From an uncultured archaeon (lineage in GTDB: Archaea; Aenigmatarchaeota; Aenigmatarchaeia; GW2011-AR5; JAHLMP01), in NCBI GenBank assembly GCA_964428495.1, contig CAYRXY010000002.1:19784-83783 (forward strand): a stretch of 64,000 nucleotides of DNA, in the 5' to 3' direction. How positions within the stretch are numbered: position 1 is the stretch's first letter; each line of letters begins with the position of its first letter. Under the pieces are notes generated by a model. That model saw only the letters and a list, made by a program, of their open reading frames with translations, was not told the origin of the DNA and did no database searches. Both the position numbers and the translations under genes were made by a program. Shown here piece after piece: positions 36,578-46,099 of this stretch.

Positions 36578-37833
36578 TTCAATCGCTTCCTTATGATACT
36601 TTCAAATTTAGAATAAAATAAGGTATTGTCAGGAACGTTTTCTCTTACGATCGTATGAGGCCCGATAATAGAATCTCTACCTATGAGAATACCTGGCATT
36701 ATACTAACATTGATGCCAATTCTCACATCTGATCCAACGATTGTTCCGAGAGATTTCACTTTCGTATCAACGCCTTTGTTCTTAACGACAACCTTAATAT
36801 AATTTCGATCAAGACGCACGTTCGCTGTAACGATTCCCGCACCAATTCTAGTATTTTTACCGATAACCGAGTCACCAACAAATCCGCTATGAATATGAAC
36901 ACCTTCTTGTAGAACGCTTCTGGCTATTTCAGAATGTGCTCCAACTATACAATTATTCTCTATATCTGTGTAGTCTCGTATCAGTGCGTGATCACCAATT
37001 ATGCAGTTGTCACCAATCCAAACGGGACCTTTTATAACTGCATGATTCATTATCTTTGTGTTCTTTCCGATGTGAACAGGACCTTTTATTACAGCACTGT
37101 CTGAAATCTCAACGCTTTCATCTATTTCTCGACCTTTTATCTCAAGCAATTTCAATCTTGTAATATCCAAAATATGCCATGGATATTTCAAAGTTGGCAA
37201 ATCTCTATCTGTTATAATAACTCTGACATCTTTCTCCTTCATGTAAAGTTTTAGAGCATCTTCATAATCATACATATGTTTTTCAACACGATCATAATAT
37301 TCAAAGAACTCTTTGGGTAACAAATAAATACCAGCAACTTTAATGTTAGATGGCTCTTCTCCCTGCGTTGGCTTTTCAACAAGATCGACTGCACGATCAC
37401 CATCTAATTTTAATATACCATATAACCATGGCATATCTGTCTTTTTACCTAAAAGAACCACTGGAGATCCACCATCAACCTGTCTATTCAGTAAATCTTC
37501 TATTAATTCATGGGTAAAGAAATGTTCTGGATTTAAGACGAAGAATTGTTCTTCAAGTAGTTCTTTTGCTTGATAAAGAGCATTTCCCATGCCTAATGGT
37601 TCTTTTTGAATTACATAGTTTATTCTAGCATCTCCAATTTTGTTACCTATAATTTTTTCGACATCTCTTTCTGATCCCTGAACAACAATAATTTGATCTA
37701 TACCCGCTTTAATGAGGTTCTCTATCGTATGCTGTATAATAGGCTTCCCAGTTATCCTTACCAACGACTTGTGCATATCATTTAACGGCCAAAATCTTGA
37801 TGAAGCACCAGCTGCAAGTATTACAGCCTGCAT
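36574..37833 (-). CDS. bifunctional sugar-1-phosphate nucleotidyltransferase / hexapeptide acetyltransferase (GlmU-like)
   Basis: MQAVILAAGASSRFWPL NTP-transferase motif. C-terminal left-handed beta-helix hexapeptide repeats (IGDN.IIGDH..I). Confidence 0.88.
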   Translation of the reverse strand: MQAVILAAGASSRFWPLNDMHKSLVRITGKPIIQHTIENLIKAGIDQIIVVQGSERDVEKIIGNKIGDARINYVIQKEPLGMGNALYQAKELLEEQFFVLNPEHFFTHELIEDLLNRQVDGGSPVVLLGKKTDMPWLYGILKLDGDRAVDLVEKPTQGEEPSNIKVAGIYLLPKEFFEYYDRVEKHMYDYEDALKLYMKEKDVRVIITDRDLPTLKYPWHILDITRLKLLEIKGREIDESVEISDSAVIKGPVHIGKNTKIMNHAVIKGPVWIGDNCIIGDHALIRDYTDIENNCIVGAHSEIARSVLQEGVHIHSGFVGDSVIGKNTRIGAGIVTANVRLDRNYIKVVVKNKGVDTKVKSLGTIVGSDVRIGINVSIMPGILIGRDSIIGPHTIVRENVPDNTLFYSKFESIIRKRLK

Positions 37834-37959
37834 TTTTACCACTATTAGAATATAACATTTGGGTATTTAAAGATTGCAACGACACATCATGTAAATTATT
37901 TTTTTGGAAACGAAATGGCCTGATAATTTAAGATTTAAATATTTTTGTCTTTTACTATC

Positions 37960-37976
37960 TATATCGAATCGATATA
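37960..37976. promoter_or_regulatory. perfect 17-nt palindrome TATATCGA-A-TCGATATA, candidate operator
   Basis: Read directly. Arms TATATCGA/TCGATATA around a central A. Ends 13 nt before ATG 37989, just before SD GAGGTGA. A PadR gene lies in the operon. Confidence 0.4.
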
Positions 37977-37988
37977 TGAGGTGATGAA

Positions 37989-39212
37989 ATGAATAAGAAA
38001 TTTACAAGAATGTTTTTGCTTAGGATTCTTGCCTTTATGATTGTATTAAACGCAATAACATATGCTTATATTCTTAATTCTACTGTTTTACAAATTCAAG
38101 AAATTAAATATGATCCATATCCCGCAGAAGCAGGTAAATATATGAATTTGTGGATAAAGGTTGAGAACATAGGGACAGAAGAGGCTAGTGATGTGACGTG
38201 TGTTCTTTTGCCTGAGTACCCATTTTCTTTAGATCCGAATGAAAATGCAACTAGGCATATTGGAAAATTATCAGGAACAGAAGATGCAATTCTTCAATAC
38301 AAACTTAGAGTCGATTCCAATGCCGTAAAAGGATGGAATGAAATGAAAATAAAGTGTCAAGCTGGGAATTCAAACGTTTGGATAACACATAAATTCGAAA
38401 TCTATGTAGAGTCGAAAATTCCAAAATTTGAGATAGGATCCGTAGTATCAGAACCGACAAAACTATTTCCTGATTCGGAAGATAATAAAGTCTCCGTAGA
38501 AATTCAAAATATAGGCACAGGTAATGCAAAACTTGTGACAGTAAAACTTATAGCACCTGAAGGTATTACACCAACTGAAAGCTATTCCAATATAGCAAAT
38601 CTAGGAACCATAGAGGAGGGTGAAAGTAAAACAGCTGATTTCTATCTAGATATTGACAAGAATGTAAAACCGGGAATACATAAGGCAATGCTTACTGTAA
38701 AATATAAAGTTGAGAACAACAACAGAGAAGAATATAAGAATCAAACCTTAGCTGTTGATATTGTCGTAAAACCTTTACCTTTATTTGAAATTAAAGAAAT
38801 AACTACGAATCCTGAGAAGCTATCACAGGGAGATAATGCAGAGCTAATACTAAAAATAGAAAATACTGGCTATGAAGAAGCAAAGAGTACCTCTGTCAGA
38901 ATTTATAAACAAAGTGACCAACCACTTGATTTTGACGAAAAATATGACTACATTGGAAATCTTAAACCAAATCAAACTGGTGAAGCTATATTTAGATTTA
39001 GTATTGATGATAATGCAAACCTTAAAACATATTTCTTGACAGCAGAGATAAGATACCTCACTGATGACGAAGTAAAAATCGTGGAAAAACAAATTCCAAT
39101 CAAGGTCGAAATAGAAAGAGAAGATCCTAAGCTATTTAGCTTGGGAATAATTCTCATAATTCTCCTCATAACATTGGGTGCGTACTATGGCTGGAAAAAG
39201 GTTAAAAAATAA
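37989..39212 (+). CDS. cell-surface protein with CARDB/COG1361-like repeated beta domains
   Basis: N-terminal anchor, three or four roughly 100-aa repeats (..IENTGYEEAKS.., ..IQNIGTGNAK.., ..VENIGTEEAS..), C-terminal TM GIILIILLITLGAYYGW. Confidence 0.65.
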   Translation: MNKKFTRMFLLRILAFMIVLNAITYAYILNSTVLQIQEIKYDPYPAEAGKYMNLWIKVENIGTEEASDVTCVLLPEYPFSLDPNENATRHIGKLSGTEDAILQYKLRVDSNAVKGWNEMKIKCQAGNSNVWITHKFEIYVESKIPKFEIGSVVSEPTKLFPDSEDNKVSVEIQNIGTGNAKLVTVKLIAPEGITPTESYSNIANLGTIEEGESKTADFYLDIDKNVKPGIHKAMLTVKYKVENNNREEYKNQTLAVDIVVKPLPLFEIKEITTNPEKLSQGDNAELILKIENTGYEEAKSTSVRIYKQSDQPLDFDEKYDYIGNLKPNQTGEAIFRFSIDDNANLKTYFLTAEIRYLTDDEVKIVEKQIPIKVEIEREDPKLFSLGIILIILLITLGAYYGWKKVKK

Positions 39213-39717
39213 CTTGAAACAGATTGTACCTAGAGGTTTTTTAGAATCCTACATTCTATCGCTTTTGATAGAATCTCCATTACATGGCTATGAAATTATG
39301 AATAAAATTAAAGAGAAGACCAAATTTTGGAAACCATCTCCCGGAACAATTTATCCAGCCTTGCATTCTTTGATGAAAAGAGGGTTAGTAAGGGTTATTC
39401 AGGAGGGGCGAAGAAAAAAATACATATTAACAAAGAAAGGATTGAAAATCGCTAGAGAGGTTAAGGACTTCAAGATAGTAATAAGGGAAAAAATGATTGT
39501 AATACTCAGAGAAGTTCTAGAGATAGATAAAAAGGAGCTCGAGAGGTTCTTTAGGGATGCTGAAAAAAGGTGTAATAATCCATTTAATTTTTATGTTCAG
39601 AAAATGTTTACGGTACTATTTAAAATCTCTGACAACCCAGTAAAATCTTTGAAGGCAGTCGAAATCCTAAAAGAGGCAAATGAAAAATTAAGAAAAATAG
39701 AAAAAATGAAGGTGTGA
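39187..39717 (+). CDS. PadR-family transcriptional regulator
   Basis: SYILSLLIESPLHGYEIMNKIKEKT..WKPSPGTIYPALHSLMKRGLV is the PadR wHTH signature. Confidence 0.88.
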   Translation: MAGKRLKNNLKQIVPRGFLESYILSLLIESPLHGYEIMNKIKEKTKFWKPSPGTIYPALHSLMKRGLVRVIQEGRRKKYILTKKGLKIAREVKDFKIVIREKMIVILREVLEIDKKELERFFRDAEKRCNNPFNFYVQKMFTVLFKISDNPVKSLKAVEILKEANEKLRKIEKMKV

Positions 39718-39720
39718 AAG

Positions 39721-40887
39721 ATGAACATTCTGAAAAATCTTGCAAAAATTCAGTATAAGTATTCGTCTTTAATTTTCATAGTAAGTGTAATTTTTACAAT
39801 AGCAATAGGGTTAGGTATTCAGAACATTCATTTACAAACAGATCTAAGTAAAGAATTGCCCCAAGACTTAGATGTAATAAAACTTCAAAATATGGTTTCT
39901 GATAAATTTGAGGAATCAGATACTGTAATGATTCTTATAAGATTGAATAAGAGCTGTGAAATAGAAAATTCGCCTATAGATATAAGAGATCCTAGAGTAA
40001 TTAAAATGATTGTTAATCTCGAGAATGAAATAAAAAAAGAATCTTCTGTTACTTCAATTCAGTCTGTTGCCTCATTTTTCATATCTCCTGAAAATGTTCC
40101 AAACAATATAGAATTAATAAAGAAGATTTTTGTAAATATGCCTAACAGTAAGATGTTTTTTAACAAGGACTATTCTGCTACTATAATGTTAATTTCAGCA
40201 GACTTTGGAAAAAGTGAGGAAAAAATTGACAATTTTATCTCAAAAATTGAGAGAGATATAAAAAGTGTCGAAAAACCAGCTTGTGTTGATGTAAGTATTA
40301 CTGGGAATCCTTCCATAAGGGCTGTTCTGATGGAAATCCTTCAACATGATATGGTTTATACTATGGCTATTGCTGCAATCATAATTTTACTTTTACTTAT
40401 AGTACTGAAAAAATCTTTTACAAAGGGTCTACTTATTTTTACTCCATTAATGCTAGGTCTTACTTGGACTCTTGGATTGATGGGCTGGCTCAACATTCCT
40501 CTATCTGTAGCAACTGTCGGAATCGGGGCAATGATCTTGGGTTTAGGAACAGAATATGGAATTTTCCTTGTAGAGAGATATGGGGAAGAAAGAAAGAAGG
40601 GTAAAAATCAGAAGAGAGCATTGATCACAGCTCTACCATCTGTTGGTTCAGGAATTATAGGTTCTGGAACTACAACGATTGTTGGCTTTCTTGCACTTTT
40701 ACTTGCGTCAATGCCTATGATACATCACCTGGGAGAGACTCTTGCTTTGGGAATTTTTTGCATTTTATTTGCAACTATAGTTATATCTCCTTCGGTCATA
40801 CTTATTGAAGAGAGATTTATCAAAAACATAGAAAAGATTGAACTAAAAATTCTTAGAGGGGGTATGAAATATGAAAAAACTAATTGA
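39721..40887 (+). CDS. MMPL/RND-superfamily exporter, half-size subunit 1
   Basis: N-terminal TM, extracytoplasmic domain, five C-terminal TMs. GLGTEYGIFLVERYGEERKKG resembles the MMPL motif. Confidence 0.8.
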   Translation: MNILKNLAKIQYKYSSLIFIVSVIFTIAIGLGIQNIHLQTDLSKELPQDLDVIKLQNMVSDKFEESDTVMILIRLNKSCEIENSPIDIRDPRVIKMIVNLENEIKKESSVTSIQSVASFFISPENVPNNIELIKKIFVNMPNSKMFFNKDYSATIMLISADFGKSEEKIDNFISKIERDIKSVEKPACVDVSITGNPSIRAVLMEILQHDMVYTMAIAAIIILLLLIVLKKSFTKGLLIFTPLMLGLTWTLGLMGWLNIPLSVATVGIGAMILGLGTEYGIFLVERYGEERKKGKNQKRALITALPSVGSGIIGSGTTTIVGFLALLLASMPMIHHLGETLALGIFCILFATIVISPSVILIEERFIKNIEKIELKILRGGMKYEKTN

Positions 40888-42586
40888 AAGATATGCAGAT
40901 TTTGTAGCTAAGAAACCTCATGTGATTTTAATAATCGTTGTTATACTTACTCTAATTTCTTTTGTTGGAATGAGTCTTGTGAAAACAGAGGGTATGTCAT
41001 ACAAAGATATGCTCCCTGAAAATGTGGAAGAAATAGATGCGATTAATTATATCGCTGATGAATTTGGAACTTCTGGAGAATCTGCAATAATTATATTAAG
41101 AACAAATCCAAACTATGTAGGTTCAAATGAAATTAGAGATATTCGTGATCCAAGGGTTGTAGAATACTCAGATATTTTAGAGCAGAAAATAAGAGGAATG
41201 GAGGATGTAGTTTCTGTAACTGGTTTTTCTGATATTCTCAAGACCATGAATTCTGGACATCTCCCAAAAACAAAAGCAAAAATTATTGAACTTATGAATA
41301 AAAAAATTGTTATAAACCAATCTTCTTTTAATCTCCCAGAAGTTCTTTCTCAATTTTCTGAAGGATTAGAAGGTATAGAGGAAGGTATGAAAGGAGAAGA
41401 ACAAATTATAGAAGGTTTAACATATGGTCTAAACGGATCCTCTATAGCACTGAAGCAAATTCAATATACTCTTTTAGCAATAGCGGAAGGTATGAATCAG
41501 GAAGAAAACCTAACTCAAATAAATCAGACTATCTCTCTAATTGACCAAATAGAATTCTTGGTGAATCAATCAAATGCAACGAATATGAGTATGATAATTG
41601 GCTCTTTGGAAGGGCTAAAAAATGGTATGAATGAAATGATTGCACAGGCGAGTGAGGCACAAGAAGGAATGCTCCACTTATCTATGTCACTAAATGGGAT
41701 GGCTAATGCTATTGGAGAAGTTTCCTCCGGTCTTGAAAAAATGAAGAACACAAGTCTGATATTAGGTAATCTTACTTCTAATTTAAGAGATGGCATTTCT
41801 GAAATGAGTTCCGGTCTAGATGAAATTAACAAGTATATAGAATTGTATGAAGGTAAACAGAAGAAGGAAAAGCCAATAAGTTTAAATCAATTTAAGTATT
41901 ACGTCAGTAAGGACTACACTACAACCATTATAAGAATAAATCTAGGAGAAATGAATGATGAAAAGAGAAAAAATTTTGTGGAAGAGCTAAAGTATATAAT
42001 TGATGAAACGGAAAAACCAGCGGGATTAAATGTTGGAATAACTGGAGGCCCTGTAGTGTCTCTAGAACTAAGAAAGCAAATTATGCCAACTATGCAGAAA
42101 ACCTCGATGTTTTCTTTGATAGGGATTTTCATAATTGTATCCCTGCTTTTCCTTTCCATTAGGCGTGGTATAATTTCTCTCCTTGCGATAGGATTTGGAA
42201 TAATCTGGGTCTATGGAACTTTGGGAATTCTCGGATTACCTATAAGTTCTACAATGTCTGGTGGTATATCTATGATCATGGGAATAGGAATAGACTTCGG
42301 TATTCAAGTCGTAAACAGATTTAGACAAGAAAGAAAAAAGAATAAAGTAGAGAAAGCAATTAAGATAACACTTTCAAATGTATTTACGCCTATGCTTATA
42401 ACTACCTTAGCAGCTTTGATAGGTTTCAGAGCCATGTCTTTAGGACAGCTAACATTACTATCTGATTTGGGAAACATGATGTCCTTAGGCGTGCTATTTT
42501 GCTTTATTGCTGCAGTTACTGTGATACCTGCTATATTAGTTATTAGTGAAAAACTTCAATATAGAAGAAAAAGATTTAGAAAGTGA
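40871..42586 (+). CDS. MMPL/RND-superfamily exporter, half-size subunit 2 with heptad-repeat insert
   Basis: Same topology as subunit 1. GIGIDFGIQVVNRFRQERKKN motif. 17-nt overlap with subunit 1. Confidence 0.8.
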   Translation: MKKLIERYADFVAKKPHVILIIVVILTLISFVGMSLVKTEGMSYKDMLPENVEEIDAINYIADEFGTSGESAIIILRTNPNYVGSNEIRDIRDPRVVEYSDILEQKIRGMEDVVSVTGFSDILKTMNSGHLPKTKAKIIELMNKKIVINQSSFNLPEVLSQFSEGLEGIEEGMKGEEQIIEGLTYGLNGSSIALKQIQYTLLAIAEGMNQEENLTQINQTISLIDQIEFLVNQSNATNMSMIIGSLEGLKNGMNEMIAQASEAQEGMLHLSMSLNGMANAIGEVSSGLEKMKNTSLILGNLTSNLRDGISEMSSGLDEINKYIELYEGKQKKEKPISLNQFKYYVSKDYTTTIIRINLGEMNDEKRKNFVEELKYIIDETEKPAGLNVGITGGPVVSLELRKQIMPTMQKTSMFSLIGIFIIVSLLFLSIRRGIISLLAIGFGIIWVYGTLGILGLPISSTMSGGISMIMGIGIDFGIQVVNRFRQERKKNKVEKAIKITLSNVFTPMLITTLAALIGFRAMSLGQLTLLSDLGNMMSLGVLFCFIAAVTVIPAILVISEKLQYRRKRFRK

Positions 42587-42625
42587 CCCAATCTTTTTTA
42601 ATTGTTCCTATAATAAAATTTATCC

Positions 42626-43309
42626 ATGCAATTGGCAGCGTTGTTTTCAGGTGGAAAGGATTCGACCTATGCCACGTACTTGGCGTCGAAAGAACACAAA
42701 ATAAGATATCTAGTCAGTCTTATCAGTGAGAATCCGGAAAGCTACATGTTTCACACTCAAAACATCGAACTGACGAAGGTGCAGGCAGAAGCAATGGGCT
42801 TACCAATTATTACAAGATTGACAAAAGGAGAAAAGGAAAAGGAGTTAGAGGACTTGAGGGAAGTTTTAAAAAACATAAAAGATGAAGTCGATGGTATTGT
42901 TTGTGGGGCAATTGAAAGTGAATACCAGAGAACTAGAATAGCAAAAATATGTGAGGAACTAAATTTAGATTGTGTAGCACCTCTCTGGAAGAGTGATCCA
43001 GTAGAGATTCTTCGTGGAATGCTTAAGTCTGATTTTAAAATAATGATCGTTGCTGTTGGCGCTGTAGGTCTATCTAAGGATTGGTTAGGTAGGATAATTG
43101 ATGAAAAATGCCTGAAGGATCTGATAGAGCTAAACAGGAAATATAAAATACACATTGCGGGGGAGGGTGGCGAATTTGAAACGTTTGTCCTCGATTGTCC
43201 CCTATTCAGGAAGCGAATCGAAATAACAGACTACGATATCTCATGGGATGAAAAAACACAATCTGGTGAATTGATAATAAAGAAGGTAAAAACAATTAAA
43301 AAATCCTAA
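42626..43309 (+). CDS. dph6: diphthine-ammonia ligase (Dph6-like ATP pyrophosphatase)
   Basis: PP-loop ALFSGGKDSTYA and GEGGEFETFVLDCPLF motif. Confidence 0.85.
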   Translation: MQLAALFSGGKDSTYATYLASKEHKIRYLVSLISENPESYMFHTQNIELTKVQAEAMGLPIITRLTKGEKEKELEDLREVLKNIKDEVDGIVCGAIESEYQRTRIAKICEELNLDCVAPLWKSDPVEILRGMLKSDFKIMIVAVGAVGLSKDWLGRIIDEKCLKDLIELNRKYKIHIAGEGGEFETFVLDCPLFRKRIEITDYDISWDEKTQSGELIIKKVKTIKKS

Positions 43310-43773
43310 CATTTCTCTATCATTTTTGATATATTTTCTGATAAACGAATTATGTTTGTCTTTCCATAAGGTTCCTTTACAATTACACCTTTCTTTCTCA
43401 ATTTTTCGACGATTCTAAATATTTTTACCTTATCAAATCCAGTTCGTTTCATCAAAGAAGCCTGAGTTATTTTTCCACTCTCTATAATTTCTTTAACAAC
43501 TTTACCTTCATCTTTATCAAGAAAAGAAATTATAATTTCATCTATTTTTATTCTTTTCTCAGTTACTGGTCTTAGGAGGTAATAAATCAAAGTTCCTATA
43601 AAAAAGCCGATGGAAGAAAGGAATGGAACGAATATGTAAAGTGGGATTGCACATCCACAAATGCTCCCACTTTCTATCTGAATTTGAATATATAAAGAGC
43701 TAACGGCTACTATCAGTACAAATATAGAGATTATGAGCATCGCGACTACGATCTTTTTTTCAAACTCCACCAT
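43306..43773 (-). CDS. membrane-anchored winged-helix regulator (COG2512-like)
   Basis: Two N-terminal TMs, then ITQASLMKRTGFDKVKIFRIVEKLRKKGVIVKEPYGKTNIIRL. Confidence 0.65.
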   Translation of the reverse strand: MVEFEKKIVVAMLIISIFVLIVAVSSLYIQIQIESGSICGCAIPLYIFVPFLSSIGFFIGTLIYYLLRPVTEKRIKIDEIIISFLDKDEGKVVKEIIESGKITQASLMKRTGFDKVKIFRIVEKLRKKGVIVKEPYGKTNIIRLSENISKMIEKC

Positions 43774-43807
43774 AGTTTCAAGTTTTGAAACCTAAATATT
43801 TAAAAAT

Positions 43808-44110
43808 TCAGTCATCAAATCTAAGAAGAATGCCCTCTATTTCAACTATCCCATCTTTTTTTAATTTCTTAAGTTTTCCTTTATATTCCACTATCATTCT
43901 TCTACTAACAGAATTCATAGTCCAAGTGTTTGATTTCTTCTTGTAGGCTTTAATTGCTTTTTTTATTCCATTTATTACATATCTCTTTATCATTTCTTTC
44001 TCGATTTTAGTAGAGCATCTAAGATAATCCCGAATACGCTCCAAGTCACTCTTAAAGAATGATCCATATTCAATACTCTCAAGTTCTCTCTGAATTTCCT
44101 CGAGAGACAT
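43808..44110 (-). CDS. hypothetical protein (100 aa)
   Basis: ORF only. Basic, helical. Confidence 0.45.
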   Translation of the reverse strand: MSLEEIQRELESIEYGSFFKSDLERIRDYLRCSTKIEKEMIKRYVINGIKKAIKAYKKKSNTWTMNSVSRRMIVEYKGKLKKLKKDGIVEIEGILLRFDD

Positions 44111-44162
44111 AAATAAGTTAAAACCCTAAACTTTTAAATCATATTTCACTTGAACAATAATT

Positions 44163-45350
44163 ATGAGTAAAAAGCTTAAAGCAAAGATATTTTTGAAAGA
44201 TGACAAGATCCTTGCTGTAGACGAGGCTAGCATTCAAGTATTTTATAGGAGCCACTATGGAATTTTAAAGGGAAGTTTAGAGCTGGATCCAGTTGAAGCT
44301 CTTTACCTAGTGAATATGAGAAAGATACCGTGTTTAGAGGATGGAAAACTGCTCACATTCAAAGATCTTCTCTACAAATTTTCAAATAGAGAAAAACTAT
44401 TTGTAAGGTATAATGTATTTAGGGATTGGAGAGAACGTGGATTATATATTCAACTTCCGAATCAGATAGAGTTGAAACACTTCGGCGATTCTCCTGTTGT
44501 AAATTATCCATCAAAGGAGATAAACTTTCCAATTTTAAAAACAAAATTATTTTTTGACCCAGATAATATGATATCGTTTATATTCGATCTACCTGCTGCC
44601 CGTAAATTATTTGAAGATTATTGGATAGGTCAACTTGGCGTATATAAGCAACACACAAGAGATAAGATACTTAAATTAGATATTTTTGAGACATTATTTC
44701 TAGCTAGGCTTGGATATGAAGTTAATAACATGAAGACAAAAAGAAAGATAGGTTTTGATTCCCTAATCAAATTGGCAAAAAAGAAGGATCCATCGATTAC
44801 AGCACTTTACGATGTCTATGAGGATTGGAGAATGAGAGGTTATGTCGTGAAGACTGGTTTTAAGTTTGGGTCTCACTTCAGAATTTATTTTCCCGGTGCT
44901 TCGCCGATAAAATCTAAGTCCAAGTGGATACACTCAAAACATGTTCTTCAGGTATTCCCGAAGGATAAGAAACTAAAAATGAATGAATGGGCAAGATCGG
45001 TTAGAGTTGCTCATGGAGTTCGGAAGACATTCATAATGGCAATACCTAAAATGAGTGAATCTGATTATGAAAAAATCAAGCCCGATTTTGTTGCGTATCA
45101 TAGAAAAAGAGATGATGTAGAAAAGCCGAATAAAGATAATCCAAGATTCATAATGGTTGCAATTTCTGAAGATGATGAAATTGATGGAAAAAAATCAGCA
45201 TCATTTTTAAGAATTGCTAATGAACTCGGGTTAAGCCTAATAATCGCAATTTCTGATCGAGAAACTGCTGTAACCTATTATATGGCAAAGCTGATAAACC
45301 TACCGGGCTCTAGAAATAAATACTATGAAATTGAATGGTTTCAACCTTAG
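44163..45350 (+). CDS. endA: tRNA-splicing endonuclease, long three-unit form
   Basis: Catalytic unit YDVYEDWRMRGYVVKTGFKFGSHFRIYFPG..HSKHVLQV..AHGVRKTF (Tyr/His/Lys). Extra N-terminal unit with YNVFRDWRERGLYI and an extra C-terminal unit. Confidence 0.9.
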   Translation: MSKKLKAKIFLKDDKILAVDEASIQVFYRSHYGILKGSLELDPVEALYLVNMRKIPCLEDGKLLTFKDLLYKFSNREKLFVRYNVFRDWRERGLYIQLPNQIELKHFGDSPVVNYPSKEINFPILKTKLFFDPDNMISFIFDLPAARKLFEDYWIGQLGVYKQHTRDKILKLDIFETLFLARLGYEVNNMKTKRKIGFDSLIKLAKKKDPSITALYDVYEDWRMRGYVVKTGFKFGSHFRIYFPGASPIKSKSKWIHSKHVLQVFPKDKKLKMNEWARSVRVAHGVRKTFIMAIPKMSESDYEKIKPDFVAYHRKRDDVEKPNKDNPRFIMVAISEDDEIDGKKSASFLRIANELGLSLIIAISDRETAVTYYMAKLINLPGSRNKYYEIEWFQP

Positions 45351-45385
45351 AAACATTTTAATTCTTAAATAAATTATTACTCTTT

Positions 45386-46075
45386 ATGGTAAGTGTTGAT
45401 AAAGCAGTAATTGCGAGGCTAGAAAAAGGTGGAAAGCACTTTGAAATTCTTGTCGATCCAGAGCTTGCATACGCATTTAGAGAAGGAAAGAGTGTAAGCT
45501 TTAACGAGATGCTCGCTGTTGATGAAGTTTTTAAGGACGCTAGAAAAGGTTTACCTATCAGCAGGCAAGATCTGTTGGACACCTTCAAGACTGAAGATAT
45601 AAATGAAATAGCAAAAATTATTCTAAAAGAAGGTGATATACAGCTTACTACAGAGTTTAGAAGGAAAAAATTAGAAGAGAAAAAGAGGCAAATTGCTGAG
45701 TTTATATCTAAGAATTCCGTTGATCCACAAACAAAAAATCCACATCCTCCAGAAAGAATAATGAATGCCATGGAACAGGCAAAAGTACATATAGATGTTT
45801 TCAAAAGTATTGAAGAACAGATAGATGATGTAGTAAAAGCGATAAGAGGTATACTTCCGATATCATTTGAAAAGATTAGGATAGAAGTAAAAATACCTTC
45901 TCAATATTCTGGAAGGGCATATGGAATAATAAAGTCAATTGGAGTAGAACCTAAATGGCAATCAGATGGTTCATTATATGCTATTTTGGAAATTCCTGCT
46001 GGCCTTAGAGAAAGCTTATATACTAAAATAAACAATATTACACATGGAGATTGTGTTATAGAAGAGAAAAAATAG
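45386..46075 (+). CDS. SBDS/Sdo1-family ribosome maturation protein
   Basis: AVIARLEKGGKHFEILVDPELAYAFREGK N-terminal FYSH domain. Precedes the exosome genes. Confidence 0.92.
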   Translation: MVSVDKAVIARLEKGGKHFEILVDPELAYAFREGKSVSFNEMLAVDEVFKDARKGLPISRQDLLDTFKTEDINEIAKIILKEGDIQLTTEFRRKKLEEKKRQIAEFISKNSVDPQTKNPHPPERIMNAMEQAKVHIDVFKSIEEQIDDVVKAIRGILPISFEKIRIEVKIPSQYSGRAYGIIKSIGVEPKWQSDGSLYAILEIPAGLRESLYTKINNITHGDCVIEEKK

Positions 46076-46099
46076 TTACATTTTGTTACGGGTGTGATT

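Noticed and set aside
45358-45804. 148-aa minus-strand ORF
   Set aside because: Antisense to the clearly recognisable SBDS gene. The product is Ser/Phe/Cys-rich junk.
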